A stretch of DNA of 64,000 nt from an uncultured Fibrobacterota bacterium. Lineage in GTDB: Bacteria > Fibrobacterota > Chitinivibrionia > Chitinivibrionales > FEN-1185. The position numbers were made by a program, and so were the translations under genes. This document shows, in pieces, positions 57,999 to 64,000 of this stretch (positions are counted from its first letter, which is position 1; each line of letters opens with the position of its first letter). The stretch covers positions 1-64,000 of the forward strand of contig CAVWBU010000018.1 in the NCBI GenBank assembly GCA_963753345.1. Direction: 5' to 3'. The notes under the pieces were generated by a model, which worked only from the letters and a program-made list of their open reading frames with translations, did no database searches and was not told the DNA's origin.

Positions 57999-58952
57999 TC
58001 AGCGGGTGATGGTGAACGATTTTGTTTCCCTCAAGCCGTTTTGCTCCACGGTCACAAAATAAACTCCCCGGCCGATGTTCCCGAGGCTGATAATCTCCGT
58101 GCGGCCGCCTGCATTCAGGTTCCTCACGACGGAAACCATTACCCTGCCCGCGCAATCAAAGACGGATATTGCTGCGGGACCGGCCTGTGCGGGCGAACAG
58201 GAAACAGACAGGTTGGTTCCATTGACAACAGGCATAACCGCATGCCCTTTCTGCACAAGGCCCCGGTTTGTTTCCGGCAGGGCAGACGTGCCATCCAGCA
58301 TGAATTTCATGCCGTGGAAGTTTAACCCCTCGTGGAAAAATGAGACCTTTATTAGAAAGAGGCCGGTATCAAGCGCAAGCCTGGTTTTCGTGGTGTCCCA
58401 TCTCCAGTCGTGATTAATTTCAACGTCGCCCGGCGGCCTGATGCTTATCGGCAATCCACCTACCGAATCGGCCGGGAGGTCGCCGATATTGAAGATGATT
58501 AGGTTGCTGGTATCGACAACGGTGTGATGCAATATCATTTTATAGTTGCCGGCAATGTTCACATGCACTGTGTATTTAAGCCACTCTCCGCTCTGCACCC
58601 ATCCGATATGGGCATTTTTGCCCGGCGGATAGGCGGCGGAGTCAACGATACCTCCAACGGTTCCCGCAACAAAATCATTCCACGTTCCGAAAAGCTGCAA
58701 TGACACCTTTTTGCCCGGGTCGCCATCGCGCCAGTGACAATCACCCATATTGCTCCACGTATAGTTGAACACCACGCCTGAGTCACCCTTGTCGAAATAC
58801 GGGGCATTTACGAAGCCGGGGATCTGTGCCGGTATTCCCTTGAGCGAGTCAAAAACCGTGCCGGCGTACCCTGAGGGCATCGCGGCGCTTACAAGCGATG
58901 CCAGCAGAAAAACCGATGCCGCCGTTCCGGCGGTCTTTTGTTTAGGATGCAT
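57999..58952 (-). CDS. Secreted CBM6-like carbohydrate-binding protein with T9SS-like CTD
   Basis: IPG...FDKG, IGWVQSGEWLKYTV; CTD VFDCAGR...GVYFV. Confidence 0.8.
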   Translation of the reverse strand: MHPKQKTAGTAASVFLLASLVSAAMPSGYAGTVFDSLKGIPAQIPGFVNAPYFDKGDSGVVFNYTWSNMGDCHWRDGDPGKKVSLQLFGTWNDFVAGTVGGIVDSAAYPPGKNAHIGWVQSGEWLKYTVHVNIAGNYKMILHHTVVDTSNLIIFNIGDLPADSVGGLPISIRPPGDVEINHDWRWDTTKTRLALDTGLFLIKVSFFHEGLNFHGMKFMLDGTSALPETNRGLVQKGHAVMPVVNGTNLSVSCSPAQAGPAAISVFDCAGRVMVSVVRNLNAGGRTEIISLGNIGRGVYFVTVEQNGLRETKSFTITR

Positions 58953-59219
58953 ACGAAGCCCTCCTCCGATTGGTTATATGGTCCTTTTCCCGTAACCCAC
59001 GCCGCCTGTTCCGCGGCCCTGCCGTATATAGGAGAATATAGACTTTCCTGGAGTTTCTGTCAACTTTTGAAAAACCAATCGTGCGTCTTGCTGCTTTTGG
59101 CTGTTCTCTTCACAGACGGCGCGCGATCAAGGCCTGCGCTGAGTAATGTCGAAATGATGGCCGTGGCGTATGGTTTTTCGGATTATTATCTGACAAGAGA
59201 CCGGGACACCCGCGCGTTC

Positions 59220-59875
59220 TCAGTCTTTCTTCATGAATGGCGAGGTGTCAATTATTTTGTCAATTAAATCTATTGCTTTCTGTTCAGCATCGTAGGTTGG
59301 ATTGCGGAATATTCCAACTGCAATCGTGCCCTCTATTCGACCATATGACAAGATAACTCTTTGACTGCAATCCCATACGGCAAATTCCAATGAGCAATCG
59401 ACTACATTCGATTGAAACGGAACTAAAGCAACCAACAATCCGGCTCCTGGAACTGGCATTGGCGGGGTTGGTGTTTTTACCTTGAATGATTTTGTTTCGA
59501 ATTTAAAGTCTTTGATGGCAAGCAAATAATCGACTGTATCGCCGTTAGTGTTTTTCGAAATGGGAAAGTTGAATTCCAGGGAATCATTCCTTTTGTATTT
59601 AACCGTCATTGAAATGATTGAATCTTGTCGTGTCCGTGAATCGCTGAAAAATGGAATAACCTTCTCAAAACAAGTTCGGTTCAAAAATACCTTGGCAGCT
59701 TTCTGTCCAGATTGTTAAGCACGCTATCTTCCCCAATATAAAGACCAGTCTCAATTGGTAAAATGCCAAGAACGGCCGTCGAACAGGCCTTGCTTGGTTT
59801 GGATTGCTTTGTGATTACTTTTGGAGCACAGCCAAGTGCCAAGAGTGACAAGAGAACAAAAATTGATGCTTTCAT
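59220..59875 (-). pseudogene. Putative lipoprotein split by a frameshift
   Basis: Lipobox LALGC ORF stops at a T5 run where the next frame begins (TTGA overlap). Confidence 0.5.
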
Positions 59876-60209
59876 TACATCGACTTCGACGCTCAATGAG
59901 GTTGACCTATGCCAAGTAGAGCCGTCACCTGCTTAACTGCTTTGCAAAAACTACGTATTTCAGGTTCAAAAAGCAAGTCTTACCTCCTGCGAGTCAAGTT
60001 ACGTTGAGTATTGCATTGTATTCCCTCTTTCCAAGGGGGTGCGGCGCCTACGGTCGCCGCGGGGGTTGTTATAATAAGCATTTTCCTTGGCAGGTCTTAG
60101 GGGCGGCCAGCCCCTACCAACTCTTTGTTATTATTTTCGACCTGCATCATTCCTTATGAACAAAACATTTACCTTCTCGCGCACGAAGTGATTTAGTTTT
60201 CATTAATCC

Positions 60210-61667
60210 ATGAAACCTTCACGCCGCACCATTCACCAATCCGGATTTCCGCTTATCCTCATCCTGCTCTGCGCCGCAGCCGCGTCCGCCCAACAGTATA
60301 TCAGCCAGACCTACATCGACACGTCGATCCAGCGCGCATACTACAATCTCAACGCCGCGACCGACGTTTCGGGCATGGGCATGAAGCTCGAAGACGCCAT
60401 TGCGTCGGCGAAACAGATAGCGGTCCGGCTCAAGAACGTCGCGGCGGGCAACCCCAACGAGAAGTACATCCTGTCGAAGGTGAACGAGCTCGAAGGCCAG
60501 ATCTACCTTGAGGAAAGCGGCATGCTGCTCGAGAAAAACCGGAAGCGCCAGAAGCAGATCAACGACTTTGTCGGCCGGTTCAACGACGAGCTCGGAAAGC
60601 CGCGGCCGGATTTCTCGGTGCTCTCATCACTCTACAACCAGGCCATGTCCATCGACCGCGCAAAGGCGTACGATTTCGGCGTGTCGCTTGACAACAGGAA
60701 AACGAACATAACGCGCGAGGCGGCAGCGTCCTTCGACAAGGCGCTGTCCGCGGGCGATTTCGACAATGCGTGGCGGGAACTGGTCTACCTCAAGAACAAC
60801 AAGGACTACCTCGGCATCTCCATCAACCAGTACAGCCAGCTCGCGGCGAAGATACAGGCGAAGATAACGCTCGGCAACGAGCGGGAGTTCATCGTGCGCG
60901 ACGCGGACATCGTGGAACTGCTCACCAACAACCACTGCTTCATGGAGGCGCGCAACGCGCTCGAGGTGGTGGAAGACCGCGTCGCCTGCATCAAGAGCAT
61001 GGCGCGCAAGGTTGAATGGGACAAATTCTATTTCCGCAACAAGCGCCTGCGCGAGGCGCTGGAGCGCAAGGAAGACTCGCTGGTCCGGGTGAACCTCGTG
61101 ATGCTCAACGACCAGGGCGTCATTGCCGCGAGCGATTTTCTCGAACAGAGGCTCAAGAAATGCGGCGTGCGGCCGGAAAAAACCGCGAAGATCGAATTCG
61201 CAATCCTCGAGAAGGCCATGGGCGGCCGCAAGCTGCAGGACACGTCGGTGGGCAAGGAGCTTACTTCCGCCTCGACGGTGGCGGCGGCCGATACGTCGTC
61301 GCTGGTGAGCGACCTGATGAGCGCGGCGAAGAAGAAGGCACAGGCAAAGGCCGACAGCGCCAAGGCGGCGCAGGCAAGCGGCGTGCGGCTCACCTCAGCG
61401 GAGGAGCTGCGGCTCGCCAATATGCGCGTTTCCCAGGAGCAGAGGAAAAAACGCGACGAGGAAATGTTCAAGGAGAACAAGATCAAGGCCAACGACATCA
61501 TCATCAAGATTTACATATGGCTCGATCAGAAAGAAACCCAGAAGGCATACGACGAGTACACCGACCGCCAGGCATTTCTGGCGAGGAACGTGGCCACCAC
61601 GTCGTTCGCCGCGCTTGACTCGGCGGTAAACGCGGAATACGCAAAATTTAAGAAGAAGAAAAAGTAA
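60210..61667 (+). CDS. Secreted helical hypothetical protein
   Basis: Signal peptide; host-like codon usage. Confidence 0.82.
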   Translation: MKPSRRTIHQSGFPLILILLCAAAASAQQYISQTYIDTSIQRAYYNLNAATDVSGMGMKLEDAIASAKQIAVRLKNVAAGNPNEKYILSKVNELEGQIYLEESGMLLEKNRKRQKQINDFVGRFNDELGKPRPDFSVLSSLYNQAMSIDRAKAYDFGVSLDNRKTNITREAAASFDKALSAGDFDNAWRELVYLKNNKDYLGISINQYSQLAAKIQAKITLGNEREFIVRDADIVELLTNNHCFMEARNALEVVEDRVACIKSMARKVEWDKFYFRNKRLREALERKEDSLVRVNLVMLNDQGVIAASDFLEQRLKKCGVRPEKTAKIEFAILEKAMGGRKLQDTSVGKELTSASTVAAADTSSLVSDLMSAAKKKAQAKADSAKAAQASGVRLTSAEELRLANMRVSQEQRKKRDEEMFKENKIKANDIIIKIYIWLDQKETQKAYDEYTDRQAFLARNVATTSFAALDSAVNAEYAKFKKKKK

Positions 61668-61684
61668 GGACCGCGGGCGGCCTG

Positions 61685-61859
61685 TGTATTGATATAGTAT
61701 TTCCTGCCAATTGACTTCCACAATTAATACATGAAATAATTAAAATGCCTTTGGGAGCTTCGCGGGGTGCAGCGTTGTTGGGCCTGTGGCGAGACCGGAA
61801 CAACAGTTGCGCGCACCCTTGGAGCCGCAGTTGTGAAGCAAAAACATTATGTTCGTTCA
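61685..61859 (+). repeat. Intergenic repeat module M3, second copy
   Basis: Reverse complement of 30460-30716 without the insert. Confidence 0.85.
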
Positions 61860-61904
61860 TGCCCGGAGTATTTTCGGATTGCTGATTGAAATAAACTGTC
61901 GCTT

Positions 61905-62048
61905 CTTGGTGCCCCCGCAGCAATGCTACTGGCTTGCCACTGCACTACCAAGGGGGCTACCCAAGAGGGGGCAGCGCAGGACCGGCGCGGAATAAGCTGT
62001 ACTTTGATAATATGAGCGCCGGGCCGGAGCGAGGGGGAAACTTCCCCC
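61905..62048 (-). repeat. Modular intergenic repeat, copy F (first half only)
   Basis: ggtgcccc...gggctaccc..gaggggg.agcg.aggaccg...cggagcgagggggaaacttccccc. Confidence 0.8.
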
Positions 62049-62075
62049 TTTAAATACTTGTATATTGTATTGTCT

Positions 62076-64000
62076 TTATTTTATCACCACCGCCCGTTTC
62101 ACCACGGCATTTTCTCCCGCCGCCGCGCATCGTACAAAGTAAACCCCGCTGGTTTTTACGTTGTTTGACCCGAAGAGGCCGAATGCGGCGTGCCATCCGG
62201 CAGATTGCCGCGACAACAAAACGCGTCCGACCGTTTTGCCGGTCGCGTTGATTGCCTCGAGTGACACGTCGCAAAGGCGGTCAATGTAGTATCGTACAAT
62301 TCCTCCGACGCATTCAACCTTGAGCCCGGACGGTTGCGCACTTGTCATGGCAGACGTCGCCGGGTGCGCCCGTGTCGTTCCGTCAAGCGAATACACCGCG
62401 AACGACGTGCTTCCGCTGCCGAGCCCCGGCGATGTTGCGGTGACCGTGACCGTTCCCGGGGTGAACATGGACCTCACCGCCACCTTGCACATGCCGCCTT
62501 CTGCGCGCAGCTCCGGGTCGAGCGGCGAGTGGTAGGAGAGCGGCTGGCCGACCGTGACATAGTTGTCCGAGCCGCCGCGGTAATTGCCCGGGCCCGAAAC
62601 CGAGAACGTGATGTTGTGGCTGTCAAGCGGGCACCAGACGCCGTGCGAATCGACCACCGTTGCCAGGATGAAGGCCGCGTCGGACCCGTTGGCCACGATC
62701 CTGAACGTGTCGCCGTCGGGTTTCACCAGCGCGGGCTCCACGCTCAGTGCAATGTGGTCGGCGATGCCCGCCGTTGTCCTCTGGTCCGTGCAGACCACGG
62801 TTCCGTTTGCGTCAAGTCCCTGGGCCACAAGCGTGCCGGCCGCCCAGGTGACGTCCCAGGAGCATTGGAACGGCAGCTGCGTGGTGGTTTCGGTGGCATC
62901 GGTGCCGGTCCCGGTCCAGGGGTTGGGCGTCTTTGTCCCCGCACTCACGCCGTTGATCAGCAGCTTTACACTCGGGCAATTGCTGAATGCGTTCACCCGC
63001 ACCGCGCCCGACCGGTTCCAATGGTGGGCGAGCGCGACCACCGGCTTTGTGGAAAGCGGCACCCAGGCCGCCTGGTAAGCGTAGTACAGAAGTTTGGGAA
63101 TGCGGTTGAAATCAACCATGGAACAGCCGAACGACCGGACATTGAAGGTGCCGGGGGGCATTTCGAGATACGTCCCCGATTCCCCCACGGTCTCGGCGAA
63201 ATACCATTGACAAAGTCCAAAACAGTTGTCCTGCCTGCTTTTCACCCAGTTGGGGAGGTATGCCGCCACATAGGCGATCTGGTAGTCGTAGGCGAAGCGG
63301 GCGGACATGCCGGTGGCGTTCCACGCCTCCGCGCCGAAGGCGGGCATGGTGGGACAGGCGCTCTTGATTCCCATTTCGCAGCCGCTTGCGGTGCAGGAAT
63401 GGATATCGCCGTTTGCGCAGGTGGACGTCCGGTCGGCCTGCGCCCTGGTGTGGACCGGGTCCCATTGCGCCGAAAGCGCCTTGAGCGTCTGGGCGAGGCC
63501 CGCGCTGATGCCGCCGTTGTCCACCTCGTAGGCGAGTATCGAGGGATCATTTCTGTCCCTGATGACCATGTCGCGGTGTATTTCAGCCTTCAGAATCCCT
63601 TTCGGGTCTGTCGGGGCCACGCCGGTAAAGGCGCCCTCGGCGTCGCCGGTCGGCTGGACGATCATGATGCCGTAAGCGTCGCACGCATGAACGAATTCGC
63701 TGCTGCACGTGGAATGGCCGGGACGCCACAGGTTGCACCCCACAGCGGCGGCCAGTTTCGCGTCGCGCCACTGCTGTTCCTCGGGGACTGCGGTCCCGAG
63801 AGCGGGATAATCGTACCGTGAACTGGCGCCCCACAGAAAGTGCTGGTGGCTGTTGAAATAGGGGAAATTATTGTCCCAGGTGAGCACGCGGATGCCCAGC
63901 GGGCTGGTAAAAACATCGACCGTTGTTCCGCCCACCTTTACAATATGGTATACCTTGTACAGGTACGGCGTGCCGAAGGCGCTGTTGTTCGGGTACCACA
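62076..64000 (-). CDS. Glycoside hydrolase family 2-like protein (5' truncated by the window) with DUF4982/Ig domains and C-terminal sorting domain
   Basis: GIR..TW, CDAYGIM, RDRNDPSI, RIPK..YY, HHWN, FSNCPSVKL. Confidence 0.85.
   Translation of the reverse strand, partial: WYPNNSAFGTPYLYKVYHIVKVGGTTVDVFTSPLGIRVLTWDNNFPYFNSHQHFLWGASSRYDYPALGTAVPEEQQWRDAKLAAAVGCNLWRPGHSTCSSEFVHACDAYGIMIVQPTGDAEGAFTGVAPTDPKGILKAEIHRDMVIRDRNDPSILAYEVDNGGISAGLAQTLKALSAQWDPVHTRAQADRTSTCANGDIHSCTASGCEMGIKSACPTMPAFGAEAWNATGMSARFAYDYQIAYVAAYLPNWVKSRQDNCFGLCQWYFAETVGESGTYLEMPPGTFNVRSFGCSMVDFNRIPKLLYYAYQAAWVPLSTKPVVALAHHWNRSGAVRVNAFSNCPSVKLLINGVSAGTKTPNPWTGTGTDATETTTQLPFQCSWDVTWAAGTLVAQGLDANGTVVCTDQRTTAGIADHIALSVEPALVKPDGDTFRIVANGSDAAFILATVVDSHGVWCPLDSHNITFSVSGPGNYRGGSDNYVTVGQPLSYHSPLDPELRAEGGMCKVAVRSMFTPGTVTVTATSPGLGSGSTSFAVYSLDGTTRAHPATSAMTSAQPSGLKVECVGGIVRYYIDRLCDVSLEAINATGKTVGRVLLSRQSAGWHAAFGLFGSNNVKTSGVYFVRCAAAGENAVVKRAVVIK

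Noticed and set aside
34354-63821. Many long overlapping ORFs (e.g. 34354-35772, 38161-39957, 54887-55999, 62334-63821)
   Set aside because: Antisense or off-frame shadows of recognisable genes in GC-rich DNA.

Overview
The left half (1-~32030) is a large chromosomal integron. It has an integron integrase (intI, 30734-32029 +), an attI crossover at ~30317-30323, and a minus-strand cassette array that runs off the left edge, with 30 attC sites, 30 complete cassettes and one partial cassette. The attC sites fall into six sequence classes that track cassette type. Cargo includes putative defence proteins (TIR, HEPN-like, HNH-like, four PD-(D/E)XK-like nucleases), lipoproteins and secreted proteins, a nitroreductase, a cupin, seven gene-less cassettes in two families, two duplicated cassettes and three IS insertions (IS630, IS3-like, IS1380). 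The most unusual signal is a shared cassette architecture. Gene-less 325-bp cassettes are nested inverted repeats from end to end. The three class F cargo cassettes (1.8-4.1 kb, non-canonical GTTCT cores) show similar end-pairing, two of them with further nested stems, and carry host-like genes in the loop. This could be an empty versus loaded 'shell' system for cassette formation (inference). The right half is GC-richer chromosome: a metB-like gene, HIT, smpB, amidase, murI, yebC, ruvCAB, acyP, an acyl-CoA dehydratase activase, tRNA-Arg(CCT) with a 4.3-kb islet, a TIGR02147 + DUF2341/LamG pair, and secreted carbohydrate-active proteins. It is densely interspersed with a modular 0.4-0.65 kb TGGG...CCCA repeat family. 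The gene content suggests Fibrobacterota (inference). All family assignments come from motif reading by eye, not from database searches.
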